A DNA stretch of 64,000 bases from Candidatus Levyibacteriota bacterium (lineage in GTDB: Bacteria; Patescibacteriota; Microgenomatia; Levybacterales; UBA12049): assembly GCA_029260965.1 (NCBI GenBank), contig JAJDCG010000001.1:20803-84802 (forward strand). The letters are read 5' to 3'. Position 1 is the stretch's first letter. The number at the start of each line of letters is the position of its first letter. A program made the translations under genes and the position numbers. A model generated the notes under the pieces. The model saw only the letters and a list, made by a program, of their open reading frames with translations. It made no database searches and was not told the origin of the DNA. Below, piece after piece: positions 28,187 through 38,546 of this stretch.

Positions 28187-29179
28187 TTAATTACTAAAAA
28201 CCTGCGTGTACATAGTTCCATAAATCCCCCCATCGATTGCACCGATACCTACTTTTCCATAATCAGGGCTGAGAATGTTCCTACGGTGGCCTGGACTGTT
28301 CATCAATCCCTGCATCGCCAATTCAGTACTAGGCGCAAGCGCCAAATTTTCCCCTGCTGAAAGATACTTAATCCCTGCACGCTCTATACGATCAAATGGA
28401 GACAATTTTTCTGGCGTATAGTGGGAAAAATAACCTCTCTCAAACATATCACGAGAATGAGCACGTCCCACATCGCGCAAAGAGTTATCAAAAACCAATA
28501 GTTCAAGTCCTGCCTCAACTCGTTCATCGTTTACCATCTCAAACATCTGTTGCTCTGCCTCTTTACTCACAGTTCCTTTATCAGTCTTGAAATGAAGATT
28601 AACTGCCTCGTCTGATTCAGGCCTGACTGTAATAAAATTAAGCGACTCATTTAATGCTCCACCAAAAATATCATTAAGCTTTGACTCAAATAAATGTGTG
28701 TTTGCAATCATTCTTGAACCCACCTGTGAACCAGTAACCAAGTTCTTAATCAACGGCGAGGAGGGAAGAGACACTATCACGCTCAAAATAAAAGCAAGGA
28801 TAATAAACGCAGATAAAGCACCAGGAAATATGCCTAAAAAATGATCAATTTTTTTAAAAAACTGATAGATTCTGTTTTCTGATGAAATATTTGGCATGTA
28901 TCTAGCAGCTCTACGAAAAAGCAGACTCAGTATTAACTCCGACAGAAACGCAATCAGGAAAAACCCACCAGCGTTAGCAAAACCAATCGGTACATCAAAA
29001 ACACCGACAAGCACCTGCCCGACCGCACTATACAGTTTCAACGCCAAAATAAATGATATAATAAAAGTTGAAAGATCGATAAAAGCAAGCGTAAAGCCAA
29101 GCATATAACCCTCGTGTAAATAGAAAATAATTACAGCAAAGATAATGACATCAAGTAAATTAAAACCCAAAAAATCCAT
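28187..29179 (-). CDS. CvpA-like membrane domain fused to C-terminal CAP/SCP (PR-1-like) domain
   Basis: N-terminal 4-TM CvpA-like region, C-terminal GHRRNILSPDYGKVGIG / MYTQVFS resembling CAP-domain signatures. Confidence 0.5.
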   Translation of the reverse strand: MDFLGFNLLDVIIFAVIIFYLHEGYMLGFTLAFIDLSTFIISFILALKLYSAVGQVLVGVFDVPIGFANAGGFFLIAFLSELILSLLFRRAARYMPNISSENRIYQFFKKIDHFLGIFPGALSAFIILAFILSVIVSLPSSPLIKNLVTGSQVGSRMIANTHLFESKLNDIFGGALNESLNFITVRPESDEAVNLHFKTDKGTVSKEAEQQMFEMVNDERVEAGLELLVFDNSLRDVGRAHSRDMFERGYFSHYTPEKLSPFDRIERAGIKYLSAGENLALAPSTELAMQGLMNSPGHRRNILSPDYGKVGIGAIDGGIYGTMYTQVFSN

Positions 29180-29209
29180 AAATTCATTATAGTATAAAAC
29201 ATCTCTTTT

Positions 29210-31435
29210 ATGCTAAAATTAAAAAATCCTATGACCAATAAACGCTACCAAAAAATTTTCAAAAGAGCCAAGCACTTCTCCCTGAAAAGAAAAAGGGTTT
29301 TTATGTTTCTTGCCCCTTTCTTTCTAGTCTCAATCCTTTTTGGAATTCTTTACTTTACGCTACTCAAAGACCTACCATCACCCACAAAACTAAACACAAC
29401 TACAGCCTCATATTCCACTCATATTTATGATCGCAAGGGGCGCCTCCTCTATACTATCTATTCAGACCGCAACCAAACATTTGTATCTCTTGATAAAATA
29501 CCCAAATCAGTTCAAGAGGCGACAATCGCTCTGGAAGATAAAGATTTTTATCTACATGGTGCCATTGACTTGCGTGGTATTGCTAGATCGCTTTATTCAA
29601 TACTTGTTCACAAAGAACTCCAGGGTGGATCAACCCTTACCCAGCAACTAGTAAAAAACAGCCTACTCACACCCGAACGGACAATTGAAAGAAAAATCAA
29701 AGAAGTAATTTTGGCTTTTGCTACTGAAGCACTTTACAACAAAGATGAAATCCTTGAAATGTATCTAAATCAAGTACCATATGGTGGAACTGCTTATGGA
29801 GTGGAAGCAGCAGCAGTTCAGTATTTTGGTAAAAATGCCCGCAATCTGACGCTTGCAGAAGCTGCATTCATAGCAGGACTTCCTGAATCACCCAGTACAC
29901 TATCGCCCTTTGGATCACATCCTGAACTTGGCAAAAAACGTCAAGAGGAAGCACTCAGAAAAATGGTTGAACAAAAATTTATCACAGATTCAGAACGTGA
30001 AAAAGCACTAAATCAGGAATTGAAATTTCAGAAAATCACCAATCCCATAAAAGCACCCCATTTTGTTTTTTATGTCAAGGATATTCTTATCAAAAAGTAC
30101 GGTCAACAGGCTGTTGAACAAGGTGGATTTCGAGTACAAACAAGTTTAGATTTGGACCTACAGGAATTTGTTCAGACTACTGTTGCCTCTGAAATTGCCA
30201 AAGTTGAGCGATTTAATGTTGGAAACGGAGCAGCGCTTGTTACCGATCCTGGAACAGGAGAAGTGCTTGCAATGATTGGTGGTAAAGACTATTTTAGCGA
30301 TCCTCAACCTCCGGGCTGTACACCGGGTTATAATTGCAAATTTGAACCAAATGTAAATCTGTCAATCGCATCCCGACAACCAGGATCATCAATCAAGCCA
30401 ATCAATTACGCGGTCGGACTTCTAAAGGGCTACAGTGCTGCTACAAAATTTATTGATGCTCCTGTTTGCTATCCTATCGCAGGTCAACCTGCTTTTTGCC
30501 CAAAAAACTATGACAACAGATTTCATGGAGTAGTTTCAATGCGCCAAGCGCTTGCTAATTCATACAACATACCTGCTGTACAAATGTTAAAAATGAATAC
30601 CATTGAAAGCATGATCGCAACAGCATCAGCAATGGGCATACACTTTAATGATCCTCGTGGTTATGGACTATCCCTTACCCTAGGTGGTGGACAAGTAAAA
30701 ATGACAGATATGGCAACAGCATTTGGTGTGTTTGCAAATCAGGGATATAGAGTAGATCTACAGCCAATACTTAAAATAACTGATAGGGATGGGAAGGTGG
30801 TTGAAGAGTACAAGCCACCCAAAAGTCCTATTTTTGGTAAGAAGGTGTTACCATCTGAGGTTGCATTCATTATTTCAGACATGCTTGCTGATAACAATGC
30901 TCGCACCCCCGCTTTTGGACCGAATTCTGAACTAAAAATTGACGGCCAAAGAGTCTCTGTCAAAACAGGAACTACAAACGATTACCGCGACAACTGGACA
31001 ATTGGCTACACACCATCATATCTCACAGCTGTCTGGGTAGGTAACAACGACAACGCTGCTATGTCTTCTGGTGTTGTGTCAGGTTTGACAGGTGCATCTC
31101 CCATCTGGAATCGGATAATGACCCATCTTCTGGAGGGTAAAAAATCAGAAATCCCCCAAAAGCCCCCAAACGTAATAGGTAAATATTCCTGTGGCAGTAG
31201 TAGCAGCGCATCAGCAAATCAAAATTCAGGATGCAGCCAGTTTGAGTATTTTATACAAGGAACTGAAACCAAAACCTCTATAAAACAGTCTCTAGAAAAA
31301 GTCTTCATTGATAAAGCAACTAATACTTTAGCCAAACCAGGACAAACTGAAAACGTTGAAGAACGAGAGGAGACAATAGCAACAGATGAGCTGGGTAATA
31401 AATACTGCATCTCATGTGCCCAACCCACACCCTAG
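29210..31435 (+). CDS. Bifunctional class A penicillin-binding protein (PBP1A, transglycosylase + transpeptidase)
   Basis: GT51 motifs EDKDFYLHGAIDLRGIARS, QQLVKN; transpeptidase SxxK (SGSSIKP), SYN, KTGT (VKTGTTND). Confidence 0.88.
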   Translation: MLKLKNPMTNKRYQKIFKRAKHFSLKRKRVFMFLAPFFLVSILFGILYFTLLKDLPSPTKLNTTTASYSTHIYDRKGRLLYTIYSDRNQTFVSLDKIPKSVQEATIALEDKDFYLHGAIDLRGIARSLYSILVHKELQGGSTLTQQLVKNSLLTPERTIERKIKEVILAFATEALYNKDEILEMYLNQVPYGGTAYGVEAAAVQYFGKNARNLTLAEAAFIAGLPESPSTLSPFGSHPELGKKRQEEALRKMVEQKFITDSEREKALNQELKFQKITNPIKAPHFVFYVKDILIKKYGQQAVEQGGFRVQTSLDLDLQEFVQTTVASEIAKVERFNVGNGAALVTDPGTGEVLAMIGGKDYFSDPQPPGCTPGYNCKFEPNVNLSIASRQPGSSIKPINYAVGLLKGYSAATKFIDAPVCYPIAGQPAFCPKNYDNRFHGVVSMRQALANSYNIPAVQMLKMNTIESMIATASAMGIHFNDPRGYGLSLTLGGGQVKMTDMATAFGVFANQGYRVDLQPILKITDRDGKVVEEYKPPKSPIFGKKVLPSEVAFIISDMLADNNARTPAFGPNSELKIDGQRVSVKTGTTNDYRDNWTIGYTPSYLTAVWVGNNDNAAMSSGVVSGLTGASPIWNRIMTHLLEGKKSEIPQKPPNVIGKYSCGSSSSASANQNSGCSQFEYFIQGTETKTSIKQSLEKVFIDKATNTLAKPGQTENVEEREETIATDELGNKYCISCAQPTP

Positions 31436-31460
31436 ATCTTAAAAAACCAAAACTAACACT

Positions 31461-31631
31461 ATGGAATATACTAAATATGCTAAACGCTCAGGTAAAAAGA
31501 CTGCAATTCTGATTGGCGCGCTTATCGCGCTTATTCTCTTCTTTGCCATACTTTCAGTAATACTCACTGTGAGAAAAAATTCGGTGTTGGTAAAAAATAC
31601 GTCAATTGAAAAATCTACACCCCTGCACTGA
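31461..31631 (+). CDS. Candidate small membrane protein (56 aa), below ORF-track cutoff
   Basis: Hand translation MEYTKYAKRSGKKTAILIGALIALILFFAILSVILTVRKNSVLVKNTSIEKSTPLH-stop; single TM helix; more plausible than the antisense 67-aa ORF at 31439-31642. Confidence 0.25.
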   Translation: MEYTKYAKRSGKKTAILIGALIALILFFAILSVILTVRKNSVLVKNTSIEKSTPLH

Positions 31632-32241
31632 GAAGCTCCCATTGCTTTTTGATATCTTCTCCAACAAAAAGCGCGCTGTTGGCGCAGAATCTGGTAGCAC
31701 CTGCGTCCTTTGCAAGAAGTAAAGTTTTGTCATTTATCCCACCATCCACTTCAATTGGAATATCTGTTTTAGATCTCAGCTGCTTTATCTTTTCCAAAAG
31801 CTCAGGCTCAAACTTCTGCCCCGCAAAACCTGCGCTTATCATCATTACGGTTATACTATCTAGATCATCAAGTGGCACTTTTATATCATCTAGTCCTGAA
31901 TCTTTATCAAGGGCAAGCCCTACCTCACCAAACATCTGACCACGCGCTACGAACTCTACCTGATCTGACATCTTTTCAATGTGCCCGACGAAACGACGGA
32001 AACCAGCATCAGCAAAAGGCTTGAGATAATTAACTGGCTCATCCACCATCATATGTGCTTCAAGTAAAAATGTGTCTTTATATTTTGTAAATGGAACTGG
32101 ATCCAAAAAAGTAGTATTTGGTGCAAATCTACCATCTAGTAAATCAACATGAATGGTGCGAGCATATCCTTTTACTTTTTCAAGCTTTTGTTCAATTTCT
32201 GAAAAATCTGTCTCCAAAATTGCGGGAATTATTTCAAACAT
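31615..32241 (-). CDS. rpe: Ribulose-phosphate 3-epimerase
   Basis: IIPAILETDF...IHVDLLDGRFAPN TIM-barrel Rpe signatures. Confidence 0.85.
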   Translation of the reverse strand: MFEIIPAILETDFSEIEQKLEKVKGYARTIHVDLLDGRFAPNTTFLDPVPFTKYKDTFLLEAHMMVDEPVNYLKPFADAGFRRFVGHIEKMSDQVEFVARGQMFGEVGLALDKDSGLDDIKVPLDDLDSITVMMISAGFAGQKFEPELLEKIKQLRSKTDIPIEVDGGINDKTLLLAKDAGATRFCANSALFVGEDIKKQWELLSAGV

Positions 32242-32258
32242 AAAATAAAATGGCTAAA

Positions 32259-32768
32259 TTAGCTATCTAGCTTATTTTCTATTATTCTTATCTTATCCAC
32301 TCTTCTTGTATGTCTCTCAATCATCGCAATCTCTGCGTTTACGAAAATTTCAACAGCTTTAAAAATATCATCTTCTGTTAAGAACCGTACCCCAAGAGAA
32401 ACCATATTTGCATGATTATGCTCACGAGTCAAACGAAGCATCTCAAATGGATCTGTACTTTTTTTTCCTGTTATATCAATAGCTTGAACAGGAACTGCAG
32501 GTGTATAAAAAAGGGCACATCTGACATTCTTAAATTTATTAGCAACCATCGCCTCACCTTGTCCAGATCCACCAAAAATAATTCCAATACTTTCTGGGTT
32601 TTGAGAAACACCTTCTGCAGCTTTTCCTATAAAATCGGGGTAATCATCATCCAAGTTAAGCTCATAAGCCCCACAATCCTCAACCTCATGCCCTTTATCT
32701 TCAAGAAAATCTTTTACTTTATTTTTGATGTCTAATCCAGTATGATCGGTAGCAATAAAAACCTTCAT
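32259..32768 (-). CDS. rpiB: Ribose-5-phosphate isomerase B
   Basis: MKVFIATDHTGLDIKNKV N-terminus and RpiB/LacAB fold length (169 aa). Confidence 0.8.
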   Translation of the reverse strand: MKVFIATDHTGLDIKNKVKDFLEDKGHEVEDCGAYELNLDDDYPDFIGKAAEGVSQNPESIGIIFGGSGQGEAMVANKFKNVRCALFYTPAVPVQAIDITGKKSTDPFEMLRLTREHNHANMVSLGVRFLTEDDIFKAVEIFVNAEIAMIERHTRRVDKIRIIENKLDS

Positions 32769-32820
32769 TGAGATTTATAATATCAGATTTATGGAGAATT
32801 GACGAGAGCTTAGGGAGATT

Positions 32821-32855
32821 CAAAGATCCAAGAACAAAAATCCAAGATCCAAACT
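32821..32855. repeat. Degenerate intergenic copy of the GATC heptad repeat family (reverse orientation)
   Basis: Reverse complement reads agtttggatcttggatttttgttcttggatctttg. Confidence 0.6.
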
Positions 32856-33382
32856 TACTGTCCTACTATTACTTCAGCTCCAGTTGTGAGGCTAGCTGAA
32901 ACGCTTCCAGTTACTGTTCCTGATACTTTTTCTTTCAGGTCAGCAAGCAATAGCTCGAGATAATCTTTGCTTTCCTCACTTACGTTTACTGTAATTCCTT
33001 CGTAATCAAAATTATCCGCATTTCCTGTAGTACCTAGTGTGTATCCGAGATCTTCAATTATGTCTGCCATATCTCCTGCAGCTCCCGCTGTTCCAGATCC
33101 ATTGAGTACATCTACTGTTAGCTCTGAACGGTCAAGATCGGGCGCTTCAGTTGGCGTAGCCGTTGGATCTACCACTGGAGCACTGGTTGGTGCTTGTTCA
33201 TTGAGGGGGATTAGTGATACTTCTCCATTTTCACGGCTCTGCCCGAGGAAATAAAGACCAGCAACAATTGCAATAATAACCAGAATTGTCGTAATAATTA
33301 CAACAGGAGCTTTTGATTTTTTGCCTGTGTTCTCAACTTCTGCGTAGTTTGAGTAATCTTGAAATGGACCTTCTTCACTCAT
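32855..33382 (-). CDS. Membrane-anchored protein with LytR_C (cell-envelope attenuator C-terminal) domain
   Basis: N-terminal TM, P/T-rich linker, VDVLNGSGTAGAAGDMADIIEDLGY segment typical of LytR_C. Confidence 0.5.
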   Translation of the reverse strand: MSEEGPFQDYSNYAEVENTGKKSKAPVVIITTILVIIAIVAGLYFLGQSRENGEVSLIPLNEQAPTSAPVVDPTATPTEAPDLDRSELTVDVLNGSGTAGAAGDMADIIEDLGYTLGTTGNADNFDYEGITVNVSEESKDYLELLLADLKEKVSGTVTGSVSASLTTGAEVIVGQ

Positions 33383-33426
33383 CTTAGTGGTACTATATCA
33401 TATTTTTACAAAATTGCAACTCCTAT

Positions 33427-35157
33427 TTGAAAATTGAAGCAAAGTGGTATAATAGCATTATGCCCAAGAAGCTTCTAATTTTTATCTTTTCTTCTTTTCT
33501 TGTTCTTACAAGTTTTCTTGTGATATCGCCTGTGTTAACAAGAGCTGATGAGCTTGATGATATCAACCGCCAGCTTGCCAAGCTGCAGGAAGATCTCAAG
33601 AAGTCAATTGCAGCAACCGAGCCAGTAGAGACAGAGCTGAAGTCCATGCAAGCACAAATTAAATCTATCCAGGGACGAGTCGTGCAGATTGAACAAAATC
33701 TAATAGTTAAGAAAAAGGAAATTGACGATGGTTATAAAAAACTTGCCGAAAAAGATAAAATCCTCACTGAAACAATCAGAAATTATTATGTTAAATCATA
33801 CTATGATACACCGCTTCTGATTCTCTTCTCACTAACTGATGCATCGGACATTACCCAGGCGCTTTTCTATCAACAAGCAAAAACCAAACAGGACAAAGCT
33901 ATAATCACAGGTATCGCTCTTTCTGTTGTGGATCTGGAAAAGAAAAAAGCAAATCTAGAGCATGAACAAAAAACACTCATCTCAGTAAAGGCTAGCCTGG
34001 ATGAACAGAGTAAAAAACTCGATGAGGTAGTCAAAGGCGCCAAGAATTTCCAGTCCGAACTCTCTGGTAAAATAGCTGAACTATCCGTACAACAACAATC
34101 AATTATTAACGCAAGGTCTGGTAATTCAACATTTACAGTTGGTGGTGGTGAACTAGCAGATGAATATTTGTCATCAGGCAAGGGATTTAGAGAATCAGCA
34201 CCAGGTGGACATTTTGCAGTATTTTCATTTGGTGGATATACACATCGAAAAGGTATGAGCCAATACGGAGCAAGAGGACGAGCACAATCTGGACAAAATT
34301 TCAAACAAATCCTCAATGCTTATTATGGAAAAGAGCCAACTGGCAAAAATACTGATGGAGATATTAATGTCTCAGGCCATGGCTCAATGAATTTTGAAGA
34401 CAGATATCTGATGGGAATTGCAGAGATGCCATCAAGCTGGCCAGCAGAAGCATTGAAAGCCCAAGCAGTAGCAGCCAGAACATATGCTATCCGATTCAAA
34501 GACGAAGGCAAAGAAATCTGTACTACTGAATCTTGTCAGGTTTTCAATTCAGGTAAAGCTGATAATCCCCCTGCAGCATGGCGCGATGCAGTTCAGTCAA
34601 CAAGAGGACAAGTTCTTGATGGAGTAGTAACCTACTATGCATCAACTCATGGAGGCTTTGCATCCCCTATTGGTTGGGACACTACCGATGGAGCAGGAGG
34701 TTCAAATTTTATAGATAAAGCCTGGGATAATGCTGGAGGTTCTCCATGGCTATATAAAGCATGGTGGAGACAGGGTTACAGCAACAGTGGATCAACTTGT
34801 GGCAGATCAAATCCATGGCTTTCTCCCCAAGAAATGGCAGATATTGTCAATGCAGCAATAGCACTAAGAGATTCAGGGGGGATTGACACAGGACGAATAA
34901 CCCCCGTTACAACATCTTGTTGGGGAGGCAATCCCTACAGCATGGACGAGCTGCGCAATCTTACCTCTGGGAAAGGAGGAATATCTTCAGCAACAAGCGT
35001 TTCAGTATCGCAAGGAAATGGCACCACTGCAAGTGTTATAATCAATGGTGTGTCGCTTAGTGGCGATGATTTCAAGAGAGCATTTAATTTGAGAGCACCA
35101 GGATACCTCTCTGTTCCACAATCTGGCTTTGCATTTTTCAATATAGAGCATAAATAA
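33427..35157 (+). CDS. SpoIID/LytB-domain protein with N-terminal signal/TM and long coiled coil
   Basis: EALKAQAVAARTYAI and KGMSQYGARGRAQSGQNF are SpoIID/LytB signatures. Confidence 0.7.
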   Translation: MKIEAKWYNSIMPKKLLIFIFSSFLVLTSFLVISPVLTRADELDDINRQLAKLQEDLKKSIAATEPVETELKSMQAQIKSIQGRVVQIEQNLIVKKKEIDDGYKKLAEKDKILTETIRNYYVKSYYDTPLLILFSLTDASDITQALFYQQAKTKQDKAIITGIALSVVDLEKKKANLEHEQKTLISVKASLDEQSKKLDEVVKGAKNFQSELSGKIAELSVQQQSIINARSGNSTFTVGGGELADEYLSSGKGFRESAPGGHFAVFSFGGYTHRKGMSQYGARGRAQSGQNFKQILNAYYGKEPTGKNTDGDINVSGHGSMNFEDRYLMGIAEMPSSWPAEALKAQAVAARTYAIRFKDEGKEICTTESCQVFNSGKADNPPAAWRDAVQSTRGQVLDGVVTYYASTHGGFASPIGWDTTDGAGGSNFIDKAWDNAGGSPWLYKAWWRQGYSNSGSTCGRSNPWLSPQEMADIVNAAIALRDSGGIDTGRITPVTTSCWGGNPYSMDELRNLTSGKGGISSATSVSVSQGNGTTASVIINGVSLSGDDFKRAFNLRAPGYLSVPQSGFAFFNIEHK

Positions 35158-35160
35158 ACC

Positions 35161-35844
35161 ATGAGAACTATTTTTGAACTAAAAAAGAAAAAATCTACCA
35201 ATTCCAATCCTGATCAAAAAGGAATTCAGCCAACAACAGAAACCACAAACCAGCCACAAAACAACACTATTATCAAAACAGGACACATGGGGCTTTTTAC
35301 CGATATCTGCGAATACCCCGATAATATAGATTTTGTAAATCAGGAAAAGGATGAAAAAATAGTGCTCTTTCTCAGACAGCATTTTGCAACCAATTTTCCC
35401 TGGATTGCTTCTTCCACAATCGCACTCTTTATCCCCCCTGTTTTAGGATTTCTGATAAACACTCTAGAAATAGAATTGTTCACAGTTCCATCTGGGCTCT
35501 TGGTAGCACTTATTGTGTTTTATTACCTTGTCATTTTCGGATACGTATATACCTCCTTTCTCTCCTGGTTTTTCAACATCGGTATTGTAACCAAAAAAAG
35601 AATTGTTGACATTGACTACTCAAGCATCCTCCATAAAAACATCGCTTCAGTTCATCTCTCAGAAGTTGTTGACACGGATTTTACTCAACAGGGCTTTTTC
35701 TCTGGATTCTACAATTATGGAAATGTATTTATACAAACAGAAAGTGTCAAACCAAATTTTGAATTCACCGCAAGTCCCAGACCAGTACATGTAACAACAA
35801 TTATTCAAGATCTAATTGCAAAGAAGCGAAGAACTAATCAATAA
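35161..35844 (+). CDS. Membrane protein with bacterial PH-like (YdbS/YdbT, bPH_2-like) domain
   Basis: Two TM helices followed by a about 90-aa soluble domain; assignment by architecture. Confidence 0.35.
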   Translation: MRTIFELKKKKSTNSNPDQKGIQPTTETTNQPQNNTIIKTGHMGLFTDICEYPDNIDFVNQEKDEKIVLFLRQHFATNFPWIASSTIALFIPPVLGFLINTLEIELFTVPSGLLVALIVFYYLVIFGYVYTSFLSWFFNIGIVTKKRIVDIDYSSILHKNIASVHLSEVVDTDFTQQGFFSGFYNYGNVFIQTESVKPNFEFTASPRPVHVTTIIQDLIAKKRRTNQ

Positions 35845-35849
35845 CCAAT

Positions 35850-36089
35850 ATGTTTGAATTTGACCAACTACTTACACCCAGTGTGATCAACCTTACACTC
35901 AAAATTCCATTAGCAGTGCTTACCTTTCTCTTTTTTATCTTCACGCTAATTGTCGTCTCAAGAGTACGCACGCTTAACCGCTCATTACAGATTTACCATT
36001 CAGGAGCCTCATCAACTCTCATGACTATTGCAATTGCCTATTCAATCGTCGTATTCTTTCTTTTTCTATTTGTCCTTGTTATAGTATAA
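35850..36089 (+). CDS. Small 2-TM membrane protein (79 aa)
   Basis: ORF, two hydrophobic helices. Confidence 0.3.
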   Translation: MFEFDQLLTPSVINLTLKIPLAVLTFLFFIFTLIVVSRVRTLNRSLQIYHSGASSTLMTIAIAYSIVVFFLFLFVLVIV

Positions 36090-36092
36090 CTA

Positions 36093-37949
36093 ATGCCTAG
36101 TCTTTCATTTGCCAAGCTGGTTGCAACACCAACTGATCCTTCTTGGTCGCAGGCTTACAACGCCGGTAATCTATTTGTTTGTCTATCAGTCTCCAAAAAA
36201 GAAGACAGCAGTGAATCTCTCCATGAAATCGGCAAAGACATCCTAGACAATCTAGAGGCAGAATTCTTCACTCTGGAGGAAAAAAATCTTGATAACATCA
36301 AGCAAGCAATAGCAACCAGCATCAAAGAACGCTCTCCTGAAATAAGCATCAATCTAACACTCGCCTACTTCAAAGACAATCTTTTATATATTTTCATTGC
36401 AGGATCTGGAAAAGCTATTATGAAGCGCGGAATGCGAATCGGCACACTACTTGAAAAAGAGGATGATAATCACAAAAAAATAGACTCAGCATCAGGCTTT
36501 CTCGAGGACGGCGATATTATAGTCCTCCAAACACACCAATTTAGTAAAAACGTACCCCACGAACGAATAAAAGAAGCGCTGTCTATAGATCTACCAAGTG
36601 ACATAGCAGAAATTCTTTCACCCCACATGCACGAACAAGAAGATGGAGGACAAGCTGCGATAATTGTTGCTTATAAAGGAGGAAGCAAAAAAGAAGAACT
36701 ACTTGCATCTCTGGAAAGTGAAAATCAGGACACTGAATCAGAATTAAGTGTTGGTGAATCTCTAGAAAACGAGGACATTGCAAGCTTGCCACACAAAACT
36801 CAAGAATTAGAAAAAGAAAACTCTGCTGGGAGCGATGAACCAGTTGAGATAAACACTGAAAAACCGATTACAGCAGTGGACCCACTTATCAGTAGCGCGA
36901 AGAGAGAATCATTTCTTTCACGATTCATACCTCAATTTCTCAAAAAACAAGAAGGAGAATCCCACATTAACCACAGAAAAAAAGTAATTCTCAGCATTTT
37001 GATTATCCTGACCGTCCTACTTACGGTAAGTATTTTTATGAGCAAAAACCGAGAAGAACAGCAAAAGATCGAAGCTACATTTAACGAGATTTATGAGCCT
37101 GCTCTTAAAAATTATGAAGATGGAGTGGAGCTCAAATCCATCAATGAATCTTTTGCCAGAGAAAGCTTTATCAAAGCGCGCGAATTGATCACAAATGGTC
37201 TTAGCAAATTCAAAGACGGGTCAGACGAGAAAGAAAAACTTAACGATCTTTTGAAAAAAATAGAGAGCGAACTTGGCATTGGTGATGCATCAATAAAAAT
37301 TAAGGCAGAATCAATTACTGTTGACGACAATTCATATCTATCTGTTGTAAAAAATGAAACTGGTCTTGCTCATGCAGAAAATGACACTACTATTTATGTC
37401 CTGACAAAGAATTCTATTGTCTCAATAGATAAATCAGATGGTGATAAAGAAACAGTTATTGAAAATGACGAAGACTGGAAAGATGCAGTAGGGCTTTCTG
37501 TTTATCAAGGAAACATTTATATCCTTGACACAGCTGAGGGGATCATCAAATACGTCGCGGGGGCAGATGGATTTGGAAAAAATACTTACTTTTCTGGCAC
37601 AGGACCTAATCTGGGAAAAGCAACAGATATGGCAATTGACGGATCAATCTATATCCTCCTTACTGACAATCTGCTCAAATACACCAGTGGTACTTCTGAC
37701 AACCTCAAACTATCTGGTCTGGTCACACCTCTCAAGGATGCGACAAAAATAGCTACAGACATAAATATGGATAGTGTTTACGTGCTGGATAGAGGCAACA
37801 GCAGAATTGTCAAATTCAGTAAAGATGGCGCTTATGAAAACCAATATGTAGCCGATGTCCTGAAAGACGCAGAAGAATTTGTGATTGTTGATAACGAATC
37901 CAAAGCCCACATCCTCTCTGGTGACAAATATTGGGAAATAAAACTCTAA
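36093..37949 (+). CDS. Large bitopic protein: N-terminal PP2C/SpoIIE-like domain, central TM, C-terminal NHL-like beta-propeller repeats
   Basis: N-terminal region resembles degenerate PP2C (…LLYIFIAGSGKAIMKRG…DGDIIVLQTHQF); TM ILSILIILTVLLTVSIF; repeats IYILDTAEGIIKY / VYVLDRGNSRIVKFSKDG. Confidence 0.4.
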   Translation: MPSLSFAKLVATPTDPSWSQAYNAGNLFVCLSVSKKEDSSESLHEIGKDILDNLEAEFFTLEEKNLDNIKQAIATSIKERSPEISINLTLAYFKDNLLYIFIAGSGKAIMKRGMRIGTLLEKEDDNHKKIDSASGFLEDGDIIVLQTHQFSKNVPHERIKEALSIDLPSDIAEILSPHMHEQEDGGQAAIIVAYKGGSKKEELLASLESENQDTESELSVGESLENEDIASLPHKTQELEKENSAGSDEPVEINTEKPITAVDPLISSAKRESFLSRFIPQFLKKQEGESHINHRKKVILSILIILTVLLTVSIFMSKNREEQQKIEATFNEIYEPALKNYEDGVELKSINESFARESFIKARELITNGLSKFKDGSDEKEKLNDLLKKIESELGIGDASIKIKAESITVDDNSYLSVVKNETGLAHAENDTTIYVLTKNSIVSIDKSDGDKETVIENDEDWKDAVGLSVYQGNIYILDTAEGIIKYVAGADGFGKNTYFSGTGPNLGKATDMAIDGSIYILLTDNLLKYTSGTSDNLKLSGLVTPLKDATKIATDINMDSVYVLDRGNSRIVKFSKDGAYENQYVADVLKDAEEFVIVDNESKAHILSGDKYWEIKL

Positions 37950-38117
37950 AAAATCCCCATAACTCTTCTTTCTCCAAATATTAAAACTCACAAACTCACT
38001 CAAAGTATACGACTATGTAGTAGTGTACTTTATGTATAAATGCTCTGGCTAAATTTACAAAACAATCCCTATCTCAAGTTATTTTACATTTAGCTTGCAT
38101 TGAAGTATTATCAAAGC

Positions 38118-38546
38118 ATGAAGATTGTTAATAAAAAGGCTTATTTTGATTTTGAAGTTAGGGAAAAATTTGAGGCTGGAATTAATTTGACCGGTGCCGA
38201 GGTAAAGGCAATACGGCTTGGCCATGCGGATCTATCAGGTGCATTCGTCAAAATCCGTGGAAATGAAGCATACTTAATTGGAGCCAAAATTTTTCCTTAC
38301 CAATACGCAAGGCCTGATAATTATGATCCGACGAGGACAAGAAAGCTCCTTCTTCATAAAAAAGAGCTGATTGCGCTAAAGTCAAAGATTGAAGGTGGCA
38401 ATTTGACTTTGGTGCCTATCTCATGGTATACTACAAAGCGATTGATCAAACTTGAAGTAGCTTTGGGTAAATCAAAAAAGAAGTTTGACAAGAAAGCTGC
38501 GATCAAGAAAAAAGATCTTGACCGGGAGCTTGAGAGAGAACGCTAA
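38118..38546 (+). CDS. smpB: SsrA-binding protein SmpB
   Basis: MKIVNKKAYFDFEV...GAEVKAIR...LIGAKIFPY. The track start at 38100 is a TTG codon, so I use the ATG at 38118. Confidence 0.85.
   Translation: MKIVNKKAYFDFEVREKFEAGINLTGAEVKAIRLGHADLSGAFVKIRGNEAYLIGAKIFPYQYARPDNYDPTRTRKLLLHKKELIALKSKIEGGNLTLVPISWYTTKRLIKLEVALGKSKKKFDKKAAIKKKDLDRELERER

Noticed and set aside
28048-28242. 64-aa minus-strand ORF between gap and the CvpA-CAP gene
   Set aside because: It overlaps the 3' end of the CvpA-CAP gene and has no motif. A basic C-terminus alone is not sufficient.
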